This document shows, piece by piece, positions 19,961 to 28,931 of a DNA stretch of 64,000 bases. Made by a program: the position numbers and the translations under genes. The DNA comes from Candidatus Chisholmbacteria bacterium (lineage in GTDB: Bacteria; Patescibacteriota; Microgenomatia; UBA1400; Chisholmbacteraceae). Where the stretch lies: the NCBI GenBank assembly GCA_963704905.1, contig CAVPHZ010000002.1, positions 292,537-356,536 on the forward strand, read 5' to 3'. Position 1 is the stretch's first letter, and every line of letters begins with the position of its first letter. Below the pieces are notes generated by a model. It was given only the letters and a program-made list of their open reading frames with translations. It had not been told where the DNA came from and searched no databases.

Positions 19961-20287
19961 ATGACCAAGTACAAAGAGTACTACCAAAAGATGATCAGCA
20001 ACAATGAGAAGCTGTTTAAATCTTTTGAAGAAGTTCATGCTGCCTACGATTTACAACCAACCAAATGGCAAGCAGAGTTCAACCAGCTTGGAGAACAAGT
20101 ACTAGAACTTGTGAGAGAGTACGAAAACCGTCTTTGTGGTAGGTCTGAAGGTGGTGGATACGCTCAATACTCTAGCCGTCTGGCAGAAAAATTTCAGGCG
20201 GAAGTGAAAAAACATTTTCCAAAAATAGATTTTGTCGGGGTCACAGTTTCTAAACCATTTACCCTCCGTAAAATATTCTTCTCCTAG
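19961..20287 (+). CDS. hypothetical protein
   Basis: ORF only. It sits 7 nt downstream of the ATP-cone ORF. Confidence 0.35.
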   Translation: MTKYKEYYQKMISNNEKLFKSFEEVHAAYDLQPTKWQAEFNQLGEQVLELVREYENRLCGRSEGGGYAQYSSRLAEKFQAEVKKHFPKIDFVGVTVSKPFTLRKIFFS

Positions 20288-20472
20288 TCCACCTCCGTTC
20301 TACTTTTTATGGTGTGTGTGCTCTATCACAATGAAACTATCGCTACTATTGCTGATAGTATTGGAGTAAGGACTATTTTATCGACACCAACAGTGAGAGT
20401 GAGACGACTCAGAGACGATGCCGTGCAACTTCTATCAAATCTCACACTGTCAAAGTGAGTAGAATTGTCAAG

Positions 20473-20961
20473 TTAAGACTGTACAAAAAACTGAAGTTCA
20501 GTAAGCGGATTTTCTCCTTCTTCTAGATAGACTTCCGTTAACGGCCACGAAGTACGAATAGAATTAGCTTGAGTCACCTTTTCCAGATATCGAATTGCCA
20601 TACCTATGCGATCATAAGAACCGGTAACTTCCACACTTACCACTGTTACACCGGGATATTCACGAAATACAATATCTGCCGAACCTTGCAATATCAGTGG
20701 TACTGGTAAACAGGCATCCCAACGTATATTCTCGATACCAACCGTCTCTGGATTATCATAATACACACCAAAAGCCGGACCAGCTGGCCGTAATCCCCTT
20801 CCACTGATCAGCCATTTGAGACCTTGTACTTTTTCTTCAAACGACTGCCTTGGATCACCCTTCCCGCTGGTCAATATTGCTTTGATTCTTGGCCGAACTT
20901 TTACAATCGCTTGAGTAATGAAATTGGGTCGAACAATACTCAAATCATCAAGTTTTTTCAT
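20473..20961 (-). CDS. GyrI-like small-molecule-binding domain protein
   Basis: The length and pattern resemble AraC-effector-binding/GyrI-like proteins. Confidence is weak. Confidence 0.45.
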   Translation of the reverse strand: MKKLDDLSIVRPNFITQAIVKVRPRIKAILTSGKGDPRQSFEEKVQGLKWLISGRGLRPAGPAFGVYYDNPETVGIENIRWDACLPVPLILQGSADIVFREYPGVTVVSVEVTGSYDRIGMAIRYLEKVTQANSIRTSWPLTEVYLEEGENPLTELQFFVQS

Positions 20962-21036
20962 AGAAAATTGAAACTAACAAAATCGTAAATAAATTCAAAC
21001 ATCTTTAGGTTGAAGATGGGATTAACACCAATAGGG

Positions 21037-21369
21037 CTAATGGTAATCCGAACTATCACTTCTTTTAAGTCCAAAAAAACCAAAAAAACCGTAGAGTCCA
21101 AAAAACATTGGGCCGAATTGCGGTAGAAACCCAATCAAACCAAGCAAGCCAAGCCAACCAAGACTCCACAATTCAGCTAACGTACCCTTGCGCAGTGCAA
21201 CCAAGACTGTATAGAGCAAAAAACCGATAAAACTAAATCCAGAAATGAGAGCGAGTACAAAAAAGAAACCCCCCTCAACGTCTAGAATTGCACTTACGAC
21301 ATTGTGAAGAAAGGCAAAGAGTATAAATAGACCAAACAAGTAATAGATCCGTCGAATTGTATCCTTCAT
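21037..21369 (-). CDS. hypothetical small membrane protein (3 TM)
   Basis: Hydrophobicity only. Confidence 0.4.
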   Translation of the reverse strand: MKDTIRRIYYLFGLFILFAFLHNVVSAILDVEGGFFFVLALISGFSFIGFLLYTVLVALRKGTLAELWSLGWLGLLGLIGFLPQFGPMFFGLYGFFGFFGLKRSDSSDYH

Positions 21370-21463
21370 GGGTTCATTCTATCAGCGCTAAAGTCATGAA
21401 AGCAAGAAATCTGAATTATTGATCTGCGCTTACAAATAAAGCAGGTCAAGCGCATTGCTATCC

Positions 21464-22063
21464 TCACTGCACATGATCTCCTCTCAAACTAAATATTCCC
21501 AGCTCCTCTACTTCTGCAAACGCAATACCTCGCTCAACATCAATAGTTGTCGGTAAAGGGATCCAATGCAATGTAGCTGAATCCCACAAATACATTTGCA
21601 ACGTCTCTCGCCGAACCAGCTGCAATTCATCATGGGTGAACTGTTGAGCAACAACGATTGTCCTTTCAAAGCTTTCATTGCGTTGCCCCAGTGAATTCAC
21701 GCTCGAGAGCTTATAAATGTCATTCACTGGTCGGTGCAAAGTTGTAGTTCCAAACTGACGTTCAACGCGTTCAGCGCGGTAGGTACTCTTTGAAGCATCC
21801 TCGTCGTCAGAAACATAAACTGAAAAACGATCAAAAGAAGTTGTCCAAAGATCCTGGTCAAAGAGTTCAATAAATGTGAGTGACGCTGAATCATCCTTTT
21901 CCAGACCAACTTGGTTCTCAATCACAACATCCTCAGGCTCTGATGTTGATGCTGCCAGTTGTTGTTGTTGTTGTTGTAAAAAATAAGCAGTAAGAAGAAA
22001 GAAAACACTGAGTGTTATCGTAACGTACGCAATAAGAGTAGTGTTGTAGCGTCGTTGATACAC
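21464..22063 (-). CDS. hypothetical TM-anchored protein with a poly-Gln run
   Basis: N-terminal TM, followed by a Gln run encoded by the (TTG)n tract. Confidence 0.45.
   Translation of the reverse strand: MYQRRYNTTLIAYVTITLSVFFLLTAYFLQQQQQQLAASTSEPEDVVIENQVGLEKDDSASLTFIELFDQDLWTTSFDRFSVYVSDDEDASKSTYRAERVERQFGTTTLHRPVNDIYKLSSVNSLGQRNESFERTIVVAQQFTHDELQLVRRETLQMYLWDSATLHWIPLPTTIDVERGIAFAEVEELGIFSLRGDHVQ
21959..21973. repeat. (TTG)n trinucleotide microsatellite (n about 5-6), in frame, encoding poly-Gln
   Basis: cagttgttgttgttgttgtaaaaaa seen directly. Confidence 0.8.
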
Positions 22064-22132
22064 AACCCCATTGTTCCAAACACGATTTAAGAAGTCAAAG
22101 CAAGATCCAACTGAAATATAAACCGAAAAGAA

Positions 22133-22687
22133 TTAATCAAAGAAGCCTAATGAACCAGCCCCAAGAAAAGAAATTAGAAGATATTTAACCAGCTGTCCAG
22201 CAAAAGTAACAAGCAGAAACTGAACAATTGGAAGCTGTGCAACCCCAGCAGCAATACCAGCCATATCAAAAAAAGGGTTTGGAATCGATGCCAGAACAAA
22301 CAAACCGACTAGACCATATTGCTTAAGGGTTCTCTGAATTTGCTGAAACCGCTTCTGATCACCGATAATCGCTTGCCCACCATAACCGGCCAAATACCCA
22401 GTGAGTTCTCCAAGAGCCGCCCCTGCCGCACCAACGATCCCTACCAGCAGTGGAGAAAATATTCCCCCTCCAACAAATGCGGTCAAAATTCCTGGAACTG
22501 GTAAAAAGATTGTCGCATTCCCAAGAAGTGACAGAAAAAATATCCCAACGTAGCCATAATTCTTGAGATATATGAGCTCTTCCTGGTAAATCAGTGCAAC
22601 AAGTCCCACCACCAACGAAAGACCCACACCAATGATAGTTAACAGTATGGACTGACGTTTAAAACGATCCTTTTTTTCTTTGCCCAT
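22133..22687 (-). CDS. DedA/VTT-family membrane protein
   Basis: FFLSLLGNATIFLPVPG...G..GELTGYLAGY matches the DedA pattern. Confidence 0.75.
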   Translation of the reverse strand: MGKEKKDRFKRQSILLTIIGVGLSLVVGLVALIYQEELIYLKNYGYVGIFFLSLLGNATIFLPVPGILTAFVGGGIFSPLLVGIVGAAGAALGELTGYLAGYGGQAIIGDQKRFQQIQRTLKQYGLVGLFVLASIPNPFFDMAGIAAGVAQLPIVQFLLVTFAGQLVKYLLISFLGAGSLGFFD

Positions 22688-22730
22688 ATTGAAAAGGCAG
22701 CAATAGAGACCTAAAAATCAAACCTCGTAC

Positions 22731-23153
22731 TCAGTTGACAATAATCGTGCCAGATTGACTTGAATTCTTATGATTATGAAAACCCCACCTGCCAGCCGTA
22801 TTAAATGTGAACGTGTATGTTGAACCTTTGCCCACCGCTTGGAGTTGATCAAATCCTGGCAGCAGCTGATGAGAAGGGTGCTCATCAGAGGCAACCCACA
22901 TTGGCTCATCGCTCTCATTTCGAAAGGTCACCGCCTCACCTGTTTTAATGGTAACTGAATTGGGTGAGAATCCATCCGAGGTATAACCAACTACCGCAGT
23001 TTCATTCATCACCGCTCGGCTACTTGGAGAGGTTTCTTGACTCGATTCGTCGCTAGATACTGGCTGATTTGTCTGAACTGTGGGTTTTTTCACACACCCT
23101 GATACCGCTAATCCAAAAACAAAGACAATGAAAATCCATTTAATATTTGACAT
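22731..23153 (-). CDS. putative lipoprotein (lipobox VSGC), possibly cupredoxin-like
   Basis: MSNIKWIFIVFVFGLAVSGC is a signal peptide plus lipobox Cys. The remainder is small and beta-rich. Confidence 0.5.
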   Translation of the reverse strand: MSNIKWIFIVFVFGLAVSGCVKKPTVQTNQPVSSDESSQETSPSSRAVMNETAVVGYTSDGFSPNSVTIKTGEAVTFRNESDEPMWVASDEHPSHQLLPGFDQLQAVGKGSTYTFTFNTAGRWGFHNHKNSSQSGTIIVN

Positions 23154-23182
23154 ATGAATTCACCCCCTCTCCCAATTCTCTC

Positions 23183-23890
23183 CTACTCTACTCGAATACG
23201 AACGCGTGCATTCTCCATACTACCAGAGAAGTTAAGAGATGTACGCATCTGCACCCGATAGACCTTTGATCCAGACGGTAAAGAGAGATTTGATGAGCTG
23301 CTATATTGGGGTGAGTTTCCGTCACCGACCAGAGTACTTCCACCAATTTCATACCCATCAGTGGCATTAAACAAACGTGCCTCAACCTGCCCGGATTGGA
23401 TTGAAAGTACCGCATCAAAAGTCACATTCGTAACACTTGGATAGTTGGATAGATCGAGTAAAACTTCAACAGCAGTATTTGTCCAGCTATAGTCTGCAGT
23501 CTGAACATTCGCACTCCCAAGCGGAATGAAATAGTCACGTACGTGCGGTAACAGTGTAGGGGTTACGATTGCAACCTCAGAGACATCCTCAGATACATGA
23601 GTAGGTGTGGGAGATAGTTGGGTTATAGTCGGAAAAACAACGTCAATTTCACTACTTTCACTTGCGACTTGTTGAGAATAGTCCGCCAATCTCTGGGTTA
23701 ATGACCAAACTTGGCTCTCAACTGCATCAATTCGTTCTGCTGAAGAACTTTTTTGACTACCAAAAAACTGCCAGAAATCCACAACTCCAAGGTTTACGAT
23801 GAGAAATAAAATAATAACCCACAACACACGTTGCTTCCAACGATCTTTTGGTTCTTCAATGGTGATGGCAGGTAGTTCTTGAGAGTCCAT
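23183..23890 (-). CDS. hypothetical signal-anchored exported protein
   Basis: N-terminal TM, with a Ser/Thr-rich ectodomain. Confidence 0.45.
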   Translation of the reverse strand: MDSQELPAITIEEPKDRWKQRVLWVIILFLIVNLGVVDFWQFFGSQKSSSAERIDAVESQVWSLTQRLADYSQQVASESSEIDVVFPTITQLSPTPTHVSEDVSEVAIVTPTLLPHVRDYFIPLGSANVQTADYSWTNTAVEVLLDLSNYPSVTNVTFDAVLSIQSGQVEARLFNATDGYEIGGSTLVGDGNSPQYSSSSNLSLPSGSKVYRVQMRTSLNFSGSMENARVRIRVE

Positions 23891-23903
23891 ATATGGGGAA
23901 ATT

Positions 23904-25358
23904 TTATAGCTTTTTTACCTTAGTACCATCTGGGGTATCCTCAATTTCGTAACCGGAGCGGCTAATTGAATCACGAACTGTGTCAGCCTTATCAAATTCA
24001 CCTGCCGTTCGTAGCTCATCACGTTTTTGAATTAATTCTTGAACCTTCTTGGGTAGTTCATCATTGCGTAATAACGATGATTCCCAAGCACCCAAACCAA
24101 GACCGAGAACCTGGTCAAATTCCATCAAGAGATCAAACTTGTCATACCCTGGAATATTGCTTTTTACCACTTCCCAAACAATTCCCAATGCTTCAGGTAA
24201 ATGAAGATCTGTGGAGATCGCCTGTAAAAACCGCTGTTTGTATTTCTCAATTTTCTCCAACTTATCCTCAGAAAGAACGGTTCGTTCTTTCTCATGACGA
24301 AACTCAGTTACTGCGTTTCTCAAGCGCCCAAGAGCTTTGGCAGCTGAATCAAGCGACTCCCAAGTAAAATTGATCTGTTTTCGATAATGACCGGTAAGAA
24401 AAAAATATCTCAGTTCCATCGGTTCATACCCGTGCTTTTTAAGATCTTGAAGTTTATAGGCATTTCCAAGACTCTTACCCATGCGGCCGCCATCGATTTG
24501 CAAAAATGAACCATGTATCCAATAGTGTACAAACGGCGATTGACCTGTAGCCGCTTCTGACTGTGCAATTTCATTCGGGTGATGAGTGCTTCGAAGATCC
24601 TCTCCTCCGACATGGATGTCAAATTGCTTCCCTAAATACTTCATGCTCATTGCACTACACTCAATATGCCATCCAGGAAAACCTTTTACTTTACCCCGAG
24701 CACCAGGAGGGGCCCAGGGTGATTCCCATTCCATATCCCGCTTCTCTTTCTTTGGGCTAAACTTCCAAAGTGCAAAATCTCGTGGATCTTTTTTTTCAGG
24801 ATTCGGCTCAACCCGCGCACCTTCTTGGATCTGATCCAAAGTCGAGAGTTCTCCATAGGTATGACCGGTTTTCTCATACGCCCGGGTATCAAAATAAACT
24901 CCATCATTGATCAAATACGCAAATCCTCTCTTTTCAATTGCTTGTACTAGCTTGATCTGCTCAACAATATGATCAGTCGCTTTAGAGAATACTCGGGGCT
25001 CTGTGAGGTTCAGTTCTTTAAAACCTTGAAGAAAATCATCAGTATAAAACGTAGCTACCGCCCAGGCAGTCTTACCTTCCCGGCGTGCCCCTTTTTCAAG
25101 ACGATCTTCACCAGTATCAGCATCGCCGAGATTATCGCCGGTGAGATGTCCGACATCGGTAATATTCATGATGTAATCGACGTTATACCCCAAATACTGA
25201 AGAGTCCGTACTAAAAAATCACCAAGCGTATAGGTACGCCAGTTTCCAATAGTCATGTAGTCATACACCGTAGGACCACAAGTATAAATCCCAACTTTTG
25301 ACTTCGAGATTGGCGTAAAATCTTCAACAGTTCTGCTGAGCGAATTAAATATCTTCAT
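23904..25358 (-). CDS. cysS: cysteinyl-tRNA synthetase
   Basis: YTCGPTVYDYMTIGN (HIGH-region equivalent), the KMSKS-equivalent RMGKSLGN, and an anticodon-binding C-terminus. Confidence 0.9.
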   Translation of the reverse strand: MKIFNSLSRTVEDFTPISKSKVGIYTCGPTVYDYMTIGNWRTYTLGDFLVRTLQYLGYNVDYIMNITDVGHLTGDNLGDADTGEDRLEKGARREGKTAWAVATFYTDDFLQGFKELNLTEPRVFSKATDHIVEQIKLVQAIEKRGFAYLINDGVYFDTRAYEKTGHTYGELSTLDQIQEGARVEPNPEKKDPRDFALWKFSPKKEKRDMEWESPWAPPGARGKVKGFPGWHIECSAMSMKYLGKQFDIHVGGEDLRSTHHPNEIAQSEAATGQSPFVHYWIHGSFLQIDGGRMGKSLGNAYKLQDLKKHGYEPMELRYFFLTGHYRKQINFTWESLDSAAKALGRLRNAVTEFRHEKERTVLSEDKLEKIEKYKQRFLQAISTDLHLPEALGIVWEVVKSNIPGYDKFDLLMEFDQVLGLGLGAWESSLLRNDELPKKVQELIQKRDELRTAGEFDKADTVRDSISRSGYEIEDTPDGTKVKKL

Positions 25359-25591
25359 GAGTTGCGTGTAATCAAGTTTATATTGCTTTTTCTTTGAAGT
25401 AAATCATTTGCCATTTCACTTGCTTCACGAACCAGCTGGTCGTATCCGACACCATTCTTACAAATCGTGGTAATTTTATAAAGAGCGCTTCGATAATCAA
25501 CTTTCATTATCAGACTATTGCCACTTTTATCATTTAAATAGTAGTGCGCAACTCCTATATACAGTTCGTGAATAGATGAATATTTCATACC

Positions 25592-25616
25592 AAAAAAAAA
25601 CTCCCTTTATTGGGAG
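25592..25616 (-). terminator. rho-independent terminator after the 25839-30052 operon
   Basis: Read on the minus strand: CTCCC-AATAAA-GGGAG followed by a U9 run (plus-strand A9 at 25592-25600). Confidence 0.6.
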
Positions 25617-25838
25617 CGCTTTTATTAAATAAACAAGTGACTAGTTCACTACAAAGCCTCCCCGCATTCGGCGAGTTCACAGCAACAACGTTGTAAGGTA
25701 GTTTTGAAATTCATAATTCTAGAAGTATAAATCGAAAATGTTGTATTGTCAATCAATTTCGGTGTTCTCAAATTGCCGTTCTCTTGAGTATACACTCTCT
25801 AAGTGCGGAATACTAGATACCTCATACTAAATCTATAA

Positions 25839-26348
25839 TTATTTCGGTTTCTTCGGACCAAATTCCCCAGCTCCTTTGGCTCTTTTTGCAGCTGTTACAG
25901 CCAATGCCTCATCCTTCCTCTGCTGTTCAATAACAGCAACTTGCCGTTCCTGTTGTTTCTGCTTTTCCTCATCTTCTTGCATTTGTCGTAGTCGTCTAGC
26001 TTCGTCCGCCTGTTTCCGCACTCTCTCACTAGCCTGAAAAATATTTTTATGAAGAATATTTCTCATCCGTTTGAGCTTCGCATCTTTTTCCGCTTGATAT
26101 TTCTGTCTTTGCAGATCCGTTTGACCGTGTGGTTGCTTCTGTTGATGTTGCTGCATAGAGCTTACGCTACTATACCCTTGCTCTTTGGCTGCTTCCTCTT
26201 GATCTTTTTGTTCCTTTTTCTCCTCATCCGTTTTTTCTCCTACCATCCGTTGAAACACGGTCTTTGGCGCTTGCTTCATCGCCTGCCCAGTCTGCTTCCC
26301 TTGTTCAAGAAGTTGTTCTCCAATATCACGACCAATTTGCCTGACCAT
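25839..26348 (-). CDS. hypothetical low-complexity charged (K/E/Q-rich) protein
   Basis: ORF only. It is the last gene of the operon. Confidence 0.4.
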   Translation of the reverse strand: MVRQIGRDIGEQLLEQGKQTGQAMKQAPKTVFQRMVGEKTDEEKKEQKDQEEAAKEQGYSSVSSMQQHQQKQPHGQTDLQRQKYQAEKDAKLKRMRNILHKNIFQASERVRKQADEARRLRQMQEDEEKQKQQERQVAVIEQQRKDEALAVTAAKRAKGAGEFGPKKPK

Positions 26349-26406
26349 AGTTGTGTAGTAAGTATATCAGGGAAATGAAATCAGATAAAAGTAGGCAACA
26401 AATCCG

Positions 26407-26970
26407 TTATGAAGTCCGCTGTATATATTGCTTCGCTTCTTCGAGGATAAGTTCAACTAGCTCTTCAGGATCTGATGATCGTACAATAGAAGGTGGAGAT
26501 TTGTAGTTTTTTTCAATGATATCGTCTACAAGTTCCATTGTTCCCGATATTCCTGTTAATAGTCCAATTGGCTTTCTATGATCATAGGCAATCGTAAACT
26601 CGTTAAGCGTCCCTGTTCCTCCGCCAATGAAAATAACGGCATCAGATGATTGAACCAATAGGACATTCCTTCCCTTTAGTCCCAAACCTGTATAAATGAC
26701 ATATTTCCAGGCGTCCAGTGGTTTTTTAAATCGGGAAACATGCTCTTCCCTTCCTTCTGCGTGAGAAAAGCAAATGGATAAACCACCTACCAGCTTTGCG
26801 CCTTCGGCCGCCTCATACCCAACACCTCGCATTCCTCCGGTAATGACTGCGACACCCTGTTCTGCCAACAACCTTCCGATGGTTCTTGATACTTCTAGCG
26901 CCTTGCTTTCAAGTTTCTCGTCAGCAGAACCGCAAACACCGACCACGATGTTGTTTTGTAACTTAACCAT
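26407..26970 (-). CDS. LOG/TIGR00725-family (SLOG superfamily) Rossmann protein; predicted nucleotide phosphoribohydrolase-like
   Basis: ITGGMRGVG...AAEGA and IGGGTGTLNEF correspond to the LOG GGGxGxMG / PGGxGTxxE motifs. Confidence 0.6.
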   Translation of the reverse strand: MVKLQNNIVVGVCGSADEKLESKALEVSRTIGRLLAEQGVAVITGGMRGVGYEAAEGAKLVGGLSICFSHAEGREEHVSRFKKPLDAWKYVIYTGLGLKGRNVLLVQSSDAVIFIGGGTGTLNEFTIAYDHRKPIGLLTGISGTMELVDDIIEKNYKSPPSIVRSSDPEELVELILEEAKQYIQRTS

Positions 26971-26973
26971 ATA

Positions 26974-27588
26974 CTATCTTTGTATTTCCTTCAGCTGATT
27001 TCCGGTCTCATTGAGGTACTTTCGGTTCCGTAATAGATCCTCCTCAATCAGCTGTCGTAGAAAAACCGCTCGAGGTACTTTTCGCTCCTTTGATACCCAA
27101 TCAAGAAACGCGTCAATTTCACTTGAGATAAAAAAGTTAAAACGGGTATCCGCAGTGTCCTTGGCATATTCAATATAATCTGTGAGCACCTTCTTTAAAG
27201 TATTCTCATCGTATTCAGCCAAATGAAGATAGTCATCACCAACAGATTGTAATATATGGGGTTCCCGTCCTTTTAAGAAAAGAACAATCGTTGGCTTGTT
27301 ATGAGCAATAGCATAGGAAACTTCTTGACCAAGACTAATGCTAGGATAAGATGCTTCAACTACAACAATATCTGCTTGATGTTTCCAAGCAATCATCTTG
27401 CGGTGCAGGGCAATGACTTCTCCGGTATTCTCCCATTTCTTATCGAGAAATTGCTTTGCATATTTCCCAAACAGGTGCTCTGCTATGACCCGATGCCCCA
27501 AGTCTTTTAATGTCTGAGTAATCTTAAGATACAATTCTCGATGGCTTTTTGGAGCCGATGAAATAGATGCTGAAAAATAAATTTTCAT
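26974..27588 (-). CDS. DNPH1 / nucleoside 2-deoxyribosyltransferase-like protein with a C-terminal ribbon-helix-helix-like tail
   Basis: MKIYFSASISSAP...VIAEHL...QADIVVVEASYPSISLGQEVSYAIAHNKPTIVLF aligns with DNPH1 YFCGSIRGG...VLTEHV...ADVVVAEVTQPSLGVGYELGRAVAFNKRILCLF. The C-terminal tail is TRFNFFISSEIDAFLDWVSKERKVPRAVFLRQLIEE. Confidence 0.6.
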   Translation of the reverse strand: MKIYFSASISSAPKSHRELYLKITQTLKDLGHRVIAEHLFGKYAKQFLDKKWENTGEVIALHRKMIAWKHQADIVVVEASYPSISLGQEVSYAIAHNKPTIVLFLKGREPHILQSVGDDYLHLAEYDENTLKKVLTDYIEYAKDTADTRFNFFISSEIDAFLDWVSKERKVPRAVFLRQLIEEDLLRNRKYLNETGNQLKEIQR

Positions 27589-27594
27589 ACTAAT

Positions 27595-28356
27595 TCAAGA
27601 AAAAACCACATAACAATCAGCACATCTTGGCTCATAAATGACGCTAGCCGATGGTGGCAGCAGTTCTGGATCGCCCACTGATGGCGGCCGACCATTCACG
27701 AGCCGCTGGCCGATTATAGCATTCCTTCTCCCGCATTTTTGACAGGTTGCTTGAAGATGAAACACTTTATCCGCTCGCTCTATCATGAGAGACGAAAGTA
27801 AAAACTCAGTTCCCGGACCCGTATAGAGCAGACCCATACCGACAAACCATCCTCCCCGCTCTTTAAATCTCTCTACCTCTTTTAAAAAAAGACTTTGCAT
27901 TTTATACGGAATAAACATGACTTCATCAACAATAACAACGTCGTTTTCATCAAACAGCTTTTGAATCTCATCCCGATTACTGAATGTAGCTACTGGAACT
28001 TTAGTTCCATTCTTTGAATAAAAGTATCCTTCAACAACATCCGATCGATTAACTTTTGGTTGTGCCTGAATAAACGACCGCGTCTTTCCCAGATACTTCG
28101 TCAAAGCAATTCCAGCGAGTGTCTTGCCGCTATGTAGAGGTCCATAGATATAAATGATTCCCCCTTGATCAAGGTTTGATGTATTTATTGTCTCAGCAAT
28201 ACTTCGCGCCACTTGCTTGGAGCGCTCATAGATATAATCAAAAAGATGCTTTTGTTCAGCGGGGACAGGAAGTTTGTGCGGTGGAATATGAAGATTCTTA
28301 TCTGATATTTGTTTTCTGTGTGAACGTTTGACAGTAGGCATAGCTGACCACCTCAA
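27595..28356 (-). CDS. tdk: thymidine kinase (type II/TK1-like) with a ~60-aa N-terminal extension
   Basis: IYGPLHSGKT P-loop, VVIVDEVMF (compare DEAQFF), and the C-terminal zinc ribbon CQKCG...CADCY. Confidence 0.7.
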   Translation of the reverse strand: MRWSAMPTVKRSHRKQISDKNLHIPPHKLPVPAEQKHLFDYIYERSKQVARSIAETINTSNLDQGGIIYIYGPLHSGKTLAGIALTKYLGKTRSFIQAQPKVNRSDVVEGYFYSKNGTKVPVATFSNRDEIQKLFDENDVVIVDEVMFIPYKMQSLFLKEVERFKERGGWFVGMGLLYTGPGTEFLLSSLMIERADKVFHLQATCQKCGRRNAIIGQRLVNGRPPSVGDPELLPPSASVIYEPRCADCYVVFS

Positions 28357-28931
28357 CGCTTTCGAAATTCAGGATATTTTCGCATTTCTCTGCTGATGAG
28401 CTGTCGTAAATACACTGCCCGGGGAATTCTTCGTTTATTGGCAATCCAATCTAAATACGATGAGAGCTTACGAGAAATGAAGAAATTAAATCTGGTATCC
28501 ATTTGACCCGTGGCGTAGTCTATAAGTACCGGTATCTCGTTTTGGAGCTCGCTTGGATTATTGTAATTTACAACTTGAAACTTCTCATTTTGTTTGAGTG
28601 TAGTAAGTAAATGAGGGGTTTCCTCACCAGCATAAAAGGCTATTGTTGGTTTTCCGCTCTCAATAGCCACAGAAACCAAATAACCTACACTTGTACTTGT
28701 ATAAGATAAATCTGTAACTATCAGATCAGCAGATCTTATTCCAGCCAGAATTTGCTTATGAAACTTCACATCTCGAGAGTCATCCCAATTATCGATTTCG
28801 TCCTTTGTCACCCCCAATACATGATCTGCTTCAACAATATGGCCTTCATCCTGAAAATAACTCAATATTTGTTTATAATTTTTCTCGAATTTATCTTTAC
28901 CATGTATCGAAGCAATAAAAAATATCTTCAT
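28353..28931 (-). CDS. second DNPH1 / nucleoside 2-deoxyribosyltransferase-like paralogue with the same RHH-like tail
   Basis: MKIFFIASIHGKD...SADLIVTDLSYTSTSVGYLVSVAIESGKPTIAFY, then DTRFNFFISRKLSSYLDWIANKRRIPRAVYLRQLI. Its ATG overlaps the upstream stop (ATGA). Confidence 0.6.
   Translation of the reverse strand: MKIFFIASIHGKDKFEKNYKQILSYFQDEGHIVEADHVLGVTKDEIDNWDDSRDVKFHKQILAGIRSADLIVTDLSYTSTSVGYLVSVAIESGKPTIAFYAGEETPHLLTTLKQNEKFQVVNYNNPSELQNEIPVLIDYATGQMDTRFNFFISRKLSSYLDWIANKRRIPRAVYLRQLISREMRKYPEFRKR

Noticed and set aside
25355-25588. 77-aa ORF immediately upstream of cysS
   Set aside because: Its ATG sits 3 nt after the hairpin+U9 terminator. That leaves no room for a promoter or RBS, and the ORF occupies what should be the cysS promoter/leader. 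It is probably spurious.
25589-25838. T-box or other riboswitch leader upstream of cysS or hisS
   Set aside because: I found no T-box consensus (AAUUAGGGUGG) or specifier-loop architecture in the 250-bp and 340-bp leaders. Only short hairpins and a direct repeat AGTTCAC x2 are present.
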